From: Octopus bimaculoides
Lineage: Eukaryota
Direction of reading: 5' to 3'
NCBI RefSeq assembly: GCF_001194135.2
Contig: NC_068990.1
Location: 85,265,939 to 85,310,870, forward strand
Length of the DNA stretch: 44,932 nt
A model generated the notes under the pieces. It saw only the letters and a list, made by a program, of their open reading frames with translations. It did no database searches and had not been told where the DNA came from. Positions 1-10,877 of the stretch are shown here, piece by piece; the stretch's first letter is position 1; the number at the start of each line of letters is the position of its first letter. The position numbers were made by a program, and so were the translations under genes.

Positions 1-151
1 AATGTAAATAATGTAAATAATGTACATAATTCCTCATCTCTTAAATATAGAACAATGTATCCCTAAATGAAACAATAAGATCAAGGAACACTTTTGTTTT
101 ATTTATGCTTTATCTGGACCCTGGTGGTGGTGGTGGTGGTGGTGGTGGTTG

Positions 152-350
152 TTTTTAATTTAGGAGGCCAGCAATTTTGTGAGGTTGGGGGCTTTACATA
201 TCAGCAACCCTAGTAGTTTGACTGGTACTTTATTTTAGCTACCCTGAAAGGATGAATGGTGGGATTTGAGCACAAAATGTAAGGACCTGGAAGAAATACC
301 TCAAAGCATTTTATTTGATGCTCTAACTTTTCTGCCATTCCATTGCTCTT
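152..350 (-). mobile_element. tRNA-derived SINE, family A (diverged copy)
   Basis: Reverse-complement match to the family A core seen repeatedly in this window (actggtactttatttt...ccctgaaaggatgaa...atttgagcacaaaatgtaa...aagcatttt...ctgcc). Confidence 0.7.
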
Positions 351-1254
351 AATTTCTAAGAAAAGCACAAGACAGAAATTTTAGGTAGATATATAGTGGT
401 TAAATTGGACCCTGTAATTAACTGGTACTCCTTTACCAATATTAGAGCAATCAAATCAAAAGAAAATATAATTAGGTATCTATAAATCACACACACACAC
501 AATGTAATCTCATTTCTTGGCTTCCATTTACCATAATATAAACCTTCTGTTATGTTAGTTTAACTAAACAATATAACAAAAGTAAAAAAAAAATTCTCCT
601 TTCACTGAATTAAAAAATTAATGCATTTCTCTTCAAGAATCTCGTCTCCTATATTTATAACATATTTATCCCCAGGAGAATTTTTGTATCAATCTTTTAC
701 ATACCTCGTAACCTCCATCTTTGCTTCTGAGCATCCCTCTCTGACTCCCCCACCAGCACCCAACACACTTCTCATCCTCTCCCTATTTCTCATCTGTCTA
801 TGGGATTTTATTATACTGTTACCCTCCAACCCATCTTTATGTACTGCCCCTTATTGCATCCTTCTCCCTGACTCACTCCAACTTTTTCTTTCAGCTTCCC
901 TCCATTCACCATTCCTCCACCAATGTTCACCATCCACTGCAGTCATCTCTATCCTCATCTCTAACCGTCTGTCACTTTCCTTTCACACTCTCTCAAACTC
1001 ACCCATCCAACCTTTTCGATCCTATATTCCTACTGTCTCTTATTTTCACCTTCTCATACCTTGAAGGTACGCCATGACCCTTAACAACTACCATATGTTC
1101 TCCCTTTCCAGCTGGGGTAGCCATTTATCTCCTCTACAGAAAGACACCTGTTTCTGTCCCCTCTATCATACTCTAGCCTATCAACATCTGAGTCAAATCC
1201 ATCTCTCGCAATATGCTACACCCACACAGTCAAAGTGGTCTTGTGAACTACTTG

Positions 1255-1435
1255 ATAACCTCACTAGTACCAGAGTCAGGAAAAACACATCTATAAAGAG
1301 GGTGACATCAGGTGTTAAGAAGGGTATCCAGCTGTAGAAACCATGCCAAAGCAGACATTGAAGTTCAACACATCTGGTTTCTCAGATCCTGTCAAACCAC
1401 CCAGCATAAGCGATGGATGTTAAATGATGTTGATG
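1255..1435 (+). mobile_element. Dispersed repeat family C (aagggcatccagc motif; RTE-3'-end-related SINE or LINE tail)
   Basis: gtgttaagaagggtatccagctgtagaaac...ggatgttaaatgatg matches the copies at 9410-9480, 11575-11730, 14280-14310 and 23071-23225. Confidence 0.65.
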
Positions 1436-1490
1436 TGATGTTATATTGCCATTTATGTATGAGAGTATAAATTTGGTTATCTATCTTGGT

Positions 1491-1665
1491 GGAGGCACAT
1501 GGTCTAGTGGTTAGACCAGTGGGCTCATGGACGAGGGATCATGGGTTCGAATCTCAGACCAGGCATTGTGTATGTTTATGAGTGAAATACCTAAGCTCCA
1601 CATGGCTCCAGCAGAAGGTAATGGAAAACTTCTGCTGACTTTTTCGCCACAACTTATCAAGCAAG
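1491..1665 (+). mobile_element. tRNA-derived SINE, family E
   Basis: Pol III A-box-like tggtctagtggttaga and B-box-like gggttcgaatctc, followed by a non-tRNA body. No 3' acceptor stem, so not a tRNA gene. Confidence 0.65.
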
Positions 1666-2445
1666 GTGATAATTATTTCAAGCAACAACCAAATTTAATA
1701 TCAGAACCGTTGATAGAGTGTGTAGACTCTCCTTTTCTATAGATGCAGTCATTTTTGAACCTGTGTCAACAAAGTCTGCATCTTAAGATTTTTGTGTATA
1801 GCATGTTAGATTATTTCTGAATATACAAGAGGACGAGACACTGAAAGCGATCGGTTTCACTTGTCTCTACGAAACAAATGATGGAGAAGCAGGTTGGAGC
1901 AACTCTTTGTCCTCTTGATCTCTCCAACATTTTTTCTTTTGCTATCTTTCTCCTCTCTGCCTTTCTCTTACCTCTCCCTTCTCCTCTTTTCACTTAACGG
2001 CAGACTAAAGCTGATGTGATGTAACTAAAGCTGAAGTGAGTAAAAAAAAGATAAAGCGAGAATATGATGAGCAGATATGAATATATCAAATGCATGAGAA
2101 CACGTTCTCATTTGATAAACATTTGAAAAAAAAAAAAAACAGTGTTCCAGATACAATCCTATAACTGCATTTTTTTTCCACAAAATTTTAGTAAGAATTT
2201 CACTTAAGGTGTTCCATACTTTTGCTAGTAGTTGTTTCTACTCTGTGGATAGAAATCTGTATAGATCTAAGTGGACTAGGGTCTTTGAGAGTTATACGTC
2301 AGGCTGACAGATATATCATGTAACAACATGTGAACCGACAACCTCTCTTGCTTGGTGGTCCACCAGCCTGCAATCTGGATCAGACTATATTAATATACAA
2401 AAGACATTTATATCTGATACATTCTGAGCACATTAAAGTCAACAT

Positions 2446-2492
<47 letters not shown>

Positions 2493-2525
2493 CACACATA
2501 CACACATGCACAAACACACACATAC
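2446..2525. repeat. (CA)n microsatellite
   Basis: Direct reading. A second interrupted (CA)n/ATGT array lies at 2767-2880. Confidence 0.95.
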
Positions 2526-2556
2526 ATTAAAATGTTCGTTTTGACATAAGCATTCC

Positions 2557-2740
2557 AAATGCTTAGTGGTATTTCGTCTGTCTTTACATTCTGAGTTCAA
2601 ATTCCACCGAGGTTGACTTTGCCTTTCATCCTTTCCGGGTCGATAAATTAAGTACCAGTTATGCATTGAGGTTGATGTAATTCACTTAATCCCTTTGTCT
2701 GTCCTTGTTTAGCCCCTTGTGGGCAATGAAGAAATAAGAA
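2557..2740 (+). mobile_element. SINE family A, tail variant A2
   Basis: Core gttctgagttcaaattcc...gactttgcctttcatcc...gataaattaagtaccag, followed by tail ccttgtgggcaatgaagaaataagaa, shared with the copy at 30466-30693. Confidence 0.85.
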
Positions 2741-3359
2741 ACGTTAATATGCTGGGCAAAATACTTACACACACACATGCACACACACACACACACACAT
2801 GTACACACACACATGCACACACACACACATGTACACACACACACACATGTACACACACACATGCACACACACACACATGTGGTACAAAAGTATAACAATA
2901 TTCAATACAGATTTATGTTGGAAGTGTGTAGATCTTAATATATGTTAATTTATGTTAATTTATGTTAATCTATGAGATAAACAGAGTTATATAGATGAAC
3001 TTGGTTTCTGATTGCGTATCCTCTCAGCATGTCTGGTCAATCAAAGGACCATTTGCATGAAACTGTGGTCCTGTAATGCAATCTCACATAGCGTATACAC
3101 ATGTATATGTGTATATGTATGTGTGTGTGTGTGTGTGTGTGTGGTGCCTAATAATGTAAACACAGTAAATGGAGTGTTGGTCTCCTATTTTGTATACTTG
3201 GCAAAAAGTATAAAGAAGCGATATGGCAATATATAAAACCAAATAATAATAATAAGAAGAAGAAGAAGAAATAGAATAAAACTGTGATAATCTGGTTCAA
3301 GCTCCCATCCTTCCCTCTCACGCAACCTGAACTGAAAACTTATTTGAAGGTAAGGAATT

Positions 3360-3880
3360 GTGAGAATGACTGTGATGGTGATGATGATGATGGTGGTGGT
3401 GGTGGTGGTGGTGGTGATGCTGGTTGTGGGAGTGGAGGTGATGCTGGCGATGTTAAGTGCGGTGAGATGCTGCCTCGAACTTCAGTGTAGTTTTAAGAAT
3501 TTTCTTTTAAGGGTGATGGCCAAGATAGTAATATATTTACCACCACCAGCATCACAAACAACAAACAACAACAACAACAAACAAACGAACAAACACACAA
3601 ACAAATTATCCGCGACAAAAGCAATAATAGCGGCAGCAATAGACAACAGCGATGTCTGATGCATCATCAACATCAAACTCATCATCATCATCATCATCCT
3701 CATCATCATCATCATTGTCGTCATCATCATCATCGTCATTACTGATGTTGCTGTTGTCATCATTATCTTCCCTATTATTACCCCTACCACCAGCACTTCC
3801 ACCACCACTACCACCACCACCACCGCCGCCACCACCGCCGCCGTCACCACCTCCAGCAACAACATTGTCAGCAAAATATG
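3360..3880. repeat. Compound trinucleotide low-complexity block (GAT/GGT, CAA, CAT, CAC/CCG)
   Basis: Direct reading. It explains the poly-M, V, D, G, S and P ORFs in the track. Confidence 0.9.
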
Positions 3881-4026
3881 TGTAGGTGTGTGGGTGTGTG
3901 TGTGAATGTGTGTGTGCGTGTGTGTGCGTGTGCTTAAAGGAAGCTGCCACAAAATGTAAGAGATGGGGGATGGGGTTGGGGAGGTGCTGTGTCAGCATTC
4001 TGATATAAGTAGCTGACTTCTAGTGT

Positions 4027-4450
4027 TGTTGTTGTTGTTTAATCCCAGGTCAACAATGATTGAGAAACAGACCTGTGATCAGAGGCATTCCAGCTGTGAC
4101 CACCCTGTCTTTTTTTCCTATGTATTTTGAACCCAGCATCACATTTTTTCGCATCATTTACTAAGACACTTTGATTGAGGGCAATTTAGCTATCGCTTCT
4201 AGTGAGTCAAACGATCACTTAGATGCTCCTTGTTGATGTCATGGTGATGTTGTCTGTGATGATGATGGTTATGATATTGCTACAGATGGTGGTGGTGATG
4301 GTGGATTAATGCAAAGTCATCCCTAATTAAACTGACCTATGATCAAAGATGCCCTTCTCATACATTATCATTCTGTCGTTTTGCATTTATAGGACTTCTT
4401 AAGCGGTTACGACAAAAGAGATTTGGCTGCTATTTCTAGCATCTAGCATG
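4027..4450 (+). mobile_element. Dispersed repeat family D (gatttggctgctatttctagc motif), two degraded copies
   Basis: The motif recurs at 21470-21645 (-), 29505-29615 (-) and 43620-43750 (+). Confidence 0.55.
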
Positions 4451-5130
4451 CCATGCAATCGCTTAGGGATTTCCTTGCTGGCTTTGTACAGGGAGTGGTG
4501 ATGGTGGCGGTGGTTAGTGCTATTGCTTTTGGGAAAGTGTGGTGGAATGTGGAAAGGAAATACAAAGATGTGAGGAGGAAAATGATGAAAATAAACAACA
4601 ACAAAATAAACTGACGGTGAGAATCAGGAAAAGTGAGAAAAGAATATGAAGAGATCACAGAGAAAAAGAATCTATCTATCTATCTATCTATTTATTTCTC
4701 TCTCTNNNNNNNNNNNNNNNNNNNNNNNNNNNNNNNNNNNNNNNNNNNNNNNNNNNNNNNNNNNNNNNNNNNNNNNNNNNNNNNNNNNNNNNNNNNNNNN
4801 NNNNNNNNNNNNNNNNNNNNNNNNNNNNNNNNNNNNNNNNNNNNNNNNNNNNNNNNNNNNNNNNNNNNNNNNNNNNNNNNNNNNNNNNNNNNNNNNNNNN
4901 NNNNNNNNNNNNNNNNNNNNNNNNNNNNNNNNNNNNNNNNNNNNNNNNNNNNNNNNNNNNNNNNNNNNNNNNNNNNNNNNNNNNNNNNNNNNNNNNNNNN
5001 NNNNNNNNNNNNNNNNNNNNNNNNNNNNNNNNNNNNNNNNNNNNNNNNNNNNNNNNNNNNNNNNNNNNNNNNNNNNNNNNNNNNNNNNNNNNNTATATAT
5101 ATATATATATATATTATACGTGTGTATATA

Positions 5131-5744
5131 TACGAGGGGAAGTCAAAAATTATACACACTTTTGCCTTAACATATCTTTATTAGTATCAAACTGCCTTCT
5201 GTACATGTGTACTTATAGTTATTAATATTGTGGTCACGTGATTGGAGTTTGAGTCTGATCGCGCCATTTTTCTTTCTGGCTTTTACAGTGTAAGCATGGC
5301 TGCTCCACTAGCAATGTGCACCAAAGAAGAACAAAGATCAGTGTTCCAAGAGATGGTAATGGTTAACCGGTTCTGACCCTTCTCATCAGTGGTGGTGGTC
5401 GACAGGCATCCTGTTCCCTCTTTGTGCATCATGCTTGTCTGGTCAGTTTTAAACTTCTCAATCCACTCATACATGCTTCTACACGGTAGTGTACTGTCCC
5501 CGTATTGTGCTAAAAGCCTCCGATGAATTTCAGCACCTGACACACCTTTCGACCAGAGAAATTGGACCACTGCTCTTTGTTCTTCTTTGGTGCACATTGC
5601 TAGAGGAGCAGCCATGCTTACATTGTAAAGCCTGAAAGAAAAATGGCGTGATGAGGCTCACATTTTGATCACGTGACCACGGAAGTACCAGTTATAAGCA
5701 CACATGTGCAGACAAATGAAAAGATACAATCTTTTCATTTGTCT
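5131..5744. mobile_element. Mariner-derived fold-back (inverted duplication of the 5' end)
   Basis: Mariner-type end TA|CGAGGGGAAGTCAAAAA at 5131. Inverted arms of about 150 bp at ~5198-5349 and ~5562-5713. Confidence 0.85.
5380..5615 (-). pseudogene. Mariner transposase N-terminal HTH fragment
   Basis: MAAPLAMCTKEEQRAVVQFLWSKGVSGAEIHRRLLAQYGDSTLPCRSMYEWIEKFK...STTTTDEK matches the mariner N-terminal HTH pattern EQRAVIRFL...EIHRRL...YEW..KFK. No catalytic domain. Confidence 0.85.
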
Positions 5745-6590
5745 TACTCGCTTACGTTCTGGTGTTTGCTGAATTTTCTTGAGAACAATCTTTTCTTAGT
5801 GGTCAGACCATAGGTGGTCTTCTTCTAGCATAATGGATGTCCACTTAGTGGTCATCCCTCTTATATGTATGTAATATAATTTTTCTGAATCTTCAGATTT
5901 TTCAATATGCTAGGCGACTGGTTTTAAATTGGTATTAATCAAATTAATATTCAATTTTCCATCCTCATTATTCAAATTTATATATATATATATATATTTA
6001 CATTTATGTACACATATATACATATATACACACACACATATATNNNNNNNNNNNNNNNNNNNNNNNNNNNNNNNNNNNNNNNNNNNNNNNNNNNNNNNNN
6101 NNNNNNNNNNNNNNNNNNNNNNNNNNNNNNNNNNNNNNNNNNNNNNNNNNNNNNNNNNNNNNNNNNGGGGGGGGGGCGTGATCGTGAGGGGAGTGAGAGT
6201 GTCTATGTAAATTTTAACTAGTTGGTCACCAACCGCAAATGACATATAACAAGTCAGTAAAGGTATTTTTAACTGTGGAACAAGAAGGACGATGTTTTTT
6301 TTTCTTCCCCTGTGAGATAGGATTAATATGGTTAAGTGCTAGTAAAGAACTGAGCTCTATAAAGCCAGCAACACCCCTCTCTTGAATTATGAAATGTTAG
6401 GTATTTGCTGTGGCTCTATACATCCTGAGTTCGAATCTCACTGAGGCCAACATTGATCTCAACCATCTGGGGTTGATGAAATGAAGTATCAGTAAAGACT
6501 GGGATTGATTTAAATGTCTAATTACCATCAAATAAATTTATGTTAGAAACAATTATTATCATTATTATTATTTTTATCATTTAAATAATT

Positions 6591-6784
6591 GTCAGTATAT
6601 GCTGGACGAAATGCTTGCGGCATTTCGCCTGTCGCTATATTCTGAGTTCAAATTCTGCCGAGGTTGACTTTGCCTTTCATCCATTCAAGGTCAATAAATT
6701 AAGTAGCAGTGAAACACTGGGGTTGATATAATCAACTAGTCCCCATTCCTCAAAATTTCAGGCCCTGTGCCTATAATAGAAAGG

Positions 6785-6874
<90 letters not shown>
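6591..6874 (+). mobile_element. SINE family A (tail A1) with (TAT)n tail
   Basis: Core plus tail caaaatttcaggccctgtgcctataatagaaaggattattatt, running into a gap. Confidence 0.85.
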
Positions 6875-7007
6875 NNNNNNNNNNNNNNNNNNNNNNNNNN
6901 NNNNNNNNNNNNNNNNNNNNNNNNNNNNNNNNNNNNNNNNNNNNNNNNNNNNNNNNNNNNNNNNNNNNNNNNNNNNNNNNNNNNNNNNNNNNTTTTTTTT
7001 TTTTTTT

Positions 7008-7252
7008 ATGGTGGTGAGCTGGCAGAATTGTTAGCACACCGGGCAAAATGCTTAGTGGCATTTCATCTGTCTTAATGTTCTGAGTTCAAATTCCGCCGAG
7101 GTCAACTTTGCCTTTCATCCTTTCAGGGTCAATAAATTAAGTACCAGAGAAACACTGGGGTCGATGTAATTGACTCATCACCTCCCTCAAAATTGCTGCT
7201 CTTGTGCCTATAGTAGAAAGGATCACAATCATCATCATCATCATCATAATTA

Positions 7253-7298
<46 letters not shown>
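7008..7298 (+). mobile_element. Full-length SINE family A with (CAT)n(TAT)n tail
   Basis: Head ggtggtgagctggcagaattgttagca, core, and tail cttgtgcctatagtagaaaggat. Confidence 0.9.
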
Positions 7299-7642
7299 CA
7301 TTGATTTGACTCTGGTTCGGTCTTATTCTTGACAGGATTCATATGAGTAGCAGGTTACTACCTGTAACCTTAGGTATCCACTAGCTTTCAATAGTCTTAC
7401 AAGTGCTTAGAACCCTCCTCCTGATAATCTTTCCTGTCCCCAAGGGGCAAAAACTTTCTATTCCAATCTCCTTCTACCATTTGTCTCTATCTTTGCTTGC
7501 AATTCCCAATTCACCAATTATTATAGGCAGGATCTTTACAGTTTTCATACCCCAAATTCTTGCTATTTCAAATCTTAAGAAATAGTAGTTTTTTTTGTTG
7601 TTGTTTACCGTCCTCTTTCTTTACAATCCTGGAATCAAATGG
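7299..7642 (-). mobile_element. 5'-truncated R4/Dong-clade non-LTR retrotransposon (C-terminal restriction-like endonuclease end plus 3' UTR)
   Basis: Minus-strand translation PFDSRIVKKE...LRFEIARIWGMKTVKILPIIIGELGIASKDRDKW*KEIGIES...LGTGKIIRRRVLST matches the R4/Dong C-terminal pattern KY.DL..EI.R.W......P...GALG....LGT..I.R.VL. The 3' end abuts (TAA)n. Confidence 0.8.
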
Positions 7643-7749
7643 ACTACTACTATTACTACTACTACTACTGCTGCTGCTACTGCTGCTGCTACTACTAGAA
7701 AATTGTAGATGGCAGAATTATATAGTTAATGTTGAGTATTAAGGGGTTC

Positions 7750-7870
7750 AATTCACAACAACATATTTCCAGGTTTGACCCCACTGTACAGTACTTCAAA
7801 CTAGTGTCTTTTTTAAGAGCCTTGGTTTGAACGAGTCTCTGACATGAGGAATTTGACAGACGGAAAGTGT
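7750..7870 (+). mobile_element. SINE family B head, degraded
   Basis: ttccaggtttgaccccactg...ctagtgtctt...gaatttgacagacggaaa aligns with the heads at 35611 (+) and 29966 (-). Confidence 0.55.
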
Positions 7871-8554
7871 GTATGAGTGTGTGTGTATGTGTGTGTGTGT
7901 GTGTACACACTCGTATATACATATACATGTTTGTATTTATAGACAAACACACACATACACACATGCATGCATGCACACACACACACACACACACAAATGC
8001 ATATGTATGTATGTGTATGTGTATCTGTAGTTTCCATCAATATATATTGGTTCAGGATATGAACACTGGCAAGAAAACAGAATCCTGCTCTAAAAATAAA
8101 ATAAAATAAAATAAAATAAAATGAAATAAAATGTCCTTCACAAATGAATGAAGTCCTATACATCAAATTAGACACAATTTGGTAGCTTTTGACATTAGGA
8201 ATGCAGGACCTACTGATTGGCCCATTGGAAACATGTGACCAGCATGTGACTAACAATATTATCATCCACAGACTGTGGTACATAGAATAATACCTCTGAG
8301 ATCACCAGTTAATTTCTCTTAAACATTCTGTTGAAATGTATTTCATTTCCATAACTTATGATCAAATGATCATAATATTCTGGCAAGGAATATTGAAATA
8401 GATGTTTTGTATGAGCAAGCCTTAATTGTCTGAACCAAGCAAAGGAAAAGGGGTCGGTTGTTTGATTCAAGTTTTATACATTAGTGGTATTTAAAGTAGA
8501 TCTGGGGACAAAATTTCATGCTACAAGGAGCCTAGTCAATAATAGCTTCCTTAT

Positions 8555-8598
<44 letters not shown>

Positions 8599-8691
8599 GA
8601 TAGACAGAGAGATATGTAATGCGAAATCCCTCTGTTTCTGCGTGTATGAAGAGGTAGATTAATATCTGCATTAATTTAAAGATTGTTTATA

Positions 8692-8917
8692 TTAACCATT
8701 TTGTTACAATATTTATTTTAAGATGCTCTGTGTTTCTTTCAATTAATTTTAAATATAACAAAGAATTTAGTAAAATAACTTAGTTATCATTAAGCTAGTT
8801 TTAAGAGCATAAATTGTGGAAGATTGGTGGAAGATTTTAATTCAAACTTATGAAAACAAGACATTTGTACTACAGAGCCAGAGCCAGTTTCAGCCAGATT
8901 GGTATCAAAAGGGTTAA
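8692..8917. mobile_element. piggyBac-type MITE with TTAA target-site duplication
   Basis: Left TTAA|CCATTTTGTTAC at 8692. Right GGTATCAAAAGGG|TTAA ends at 8917. Imperfect TIRs of the CCCTTT type, no coding capacity. Confidence 0.75.
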
Positions 8918-9204
8918 TGCAAACGTGTAAGTAATTTACTTATTATGAAATGTAATAAAATAAGTATGTTTTATTAAATTGCAAAACAATTTCCGTTACA
9001 TAAGAATTTCAAATGGTTAAATAAACTTTTCCATTCTACATTTCTCTCATTATTTATAACTTTATATATGTACATAGGCAAAATTGTTAGAGATCACGAA
9101 AGTGACAGAGGGTACTGATTAGGACTGCTTTTGCTAAAAATAAGAGTTAAAACAACTCAAAAAGCCACAAAAGCACTGTCTTAATATATAAGAAATTTTT
9201 AATG

Positions 9205-9360
9205 CCCAAAACAGTAAGGACATCTGGTAACTTGACTGAAGAAAGAAAGCCAAGAATGACCCGTCTTTCTTTCCCTGTCCTTCTAATTGTTGTTTCTCCT
9301 GTCCCCCTTTGTATTGTCTGCCTGTCCGAATGTTTTATTGTCCCCTATTGCTTTTTCGTT
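9205..9360 (+). repeat. Dispersed repeat F (possible Penelope-like pseudo-LTR remnant)
   Basis: aacttgactgaagaaagaaagccaagaatgacccgtc...ctgtccgaatgttttattgtcccctattg is homologous to the reverse complement of 28375-28515. Confidence 0.6.
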
Positions 9361-10041
9361 CCATTTTATGTATTTAAATATGTATGTATATACATATGCA
9401 TATACATATTTGACTTGGTTTCTGCGGTTGGATGCCCTTCTTGTTGCCAACCTCTTTACAGAGTGGTTCATTTTCTCATGGCTCTAACCCTATAGAGAGT
9501 TTGAATAGACCTAAGTGATACAGGATGAAATGGCTACAAAAAAACCTACACTTTATCTGCCTTTTTGCCAATTGATTTATCCTGTGTGCTGGGTTCATTC
9601 TAGGGATACTATCTCTAGTGAGGTAGCCTTTTTCAATATGGAGCATGGTGGATTTTCTTGTGACCCCAGCAAGGAGGTATAGGATGTTTCATAACAGGTA
9701 AAAGTGGAGAGTACTTAATAACCTAAGATGTGTTGATCAGGGAAAAGAATAGGAAAAGGGACAATGACAGCAGAAAGGCCAGATGAATAGTTGAGGTGGT
9801 GGTGGGGAAACAGGAGTGTAAGTGTTGAAAGTACTCAATACCAAAGGGTATGTTACATATATATATATATACATATATATACTTATGTATATGTATACTT
9901 ATATATACACCATTCTGCTTAAATAATGGAACTGCAAATACAATATCCTTACGTATCTCTCGTCTGTTCTCATTCCTCCACTTCATTCTGTATTTCATAT
10001 CTTCTCTATAATAACTATTACTTAAGCATTTTTTTCACACC

Positions 10042-10089
10042 GTCTCTGATGAAGGGATATATAAAATATCTCAGAAACAGCTGTAAGAC
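10042..10089 (+). ncRNA. Minimal type I hammerhead ribozyme (Penelope-like pLTR type)
   Basis: GTCT (helix I) - CTGATGA - AGGGATAT ataaa ATATCTCA (helix II) - GAAAC - AGCT - GT A - AGAC (helix I'). All core nucleotides are present. Helix III is the palindrome ACAGCTGT. Predicted cleavage 3' of GUA at 10085. Confidence 0.75.
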
Positions 10090-10318
10090 CTTCTCTTTAT
10101 AAATGTTCTGAAAACTATTCACAGCCTTAGATTTTTTTATCTGATTCTGTTAATTTTTATATATATATATATGCAGCACGGAAATTTGTCAATGAACAGG
10201 TCATGGTCTCAAAGCGACGAAAATATTTTGGCAAATTAAATTTAAATACTGAAGTGAATCTAACAGTTTTTGAGTGTTTCTTAAATGACTTATAAACACC
10301 TTCCACACTGCAATTGTT

Positions 10319-10362
<44 letters not shown>

Positions 10363-10364
<2 letters not shown>

Positions 10365-10531
10365 ACGATACAAACAAGAAGATGGTATTTTTTCGAATGC
10401 AGTATTGCCATTACAACAGCATATATATTGGGTAAATTACTCTTACAAGGTGGGAAAAGTTGTTAATATTTTTGCTGTTCTAATGGCGATACTGCGTTCG
10501 GAAAAATACCATCTTCTTGTACGTATCATAC
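10363..10531. repeat. Palindromic MITE-like element (arms of about 70 bp)
   Basis: acaagaagatggtattttttcgaatgcagtattgccatta is inverted as taatggcgatactgcgttcggaaaaataccatcttcttgt. Confidence 0.8.
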
Positions 10532-10748
10532 AACAGACATTTCAATGCTTCTACTAAAAACAAATGTTAGTTTGTTTATATTTACACACACACACACACA
10601 CATACACATATAGAGAGAAATATACATATATAAACATATATATATGTTTATATTCATGTTTTGCTTAGACATTGCAATGCTAATAACCTGATCTCAGAAC
10701 ACCAGGTTATATATGCTTCAGAACAAAGGGTCAGGAATAAGCAATTGT

Positions 10749-10877
10749 GCTATGACCTTCATTAGCTTACAGCAGTTTCTGCTATAAGGTGCAATGCACT
10801 CATATTTGAGTGCTTGAGTATCACTATAAGTGCATTGCAGCTTAGAGCAGAAACAGTAGTAACCTATTGAAGTTAGC
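10749..10877. repeat. Palindromic MITE-like hairpin
   Basis: 10775-10800 pairs with 10829-10854 at 24 of 26 positions, with imperfect extensions on both sides. Confidence 0.75.

Noticed and set aside
621-1064. 147-aa ORF
   Set aside because: The frame is open because of pyrimidine-rich composition (L/S/P/F). No motif and no splice signals. Probably an unidentified old repeat.
1835-1868. Short hairpin GAGACA..TGAAA-GCGATCGG-TTTCA..TGTCTC
   Set aside because: Imperfect and short, with no ribozyme core on either strand.
3965-3986. G-quadruplex (GGGG AT GGGG TT GGGG A GG)
   Set aside because: The fourth tract has only two G, and such motifs are common in low-complexity DNA.
3482-3998. Acidic and Gly/Pro-rich protein exon
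   Set aside because: All six frames are homopolymeric. It is a trinucleotide repeat expansion with no unique coding flank.
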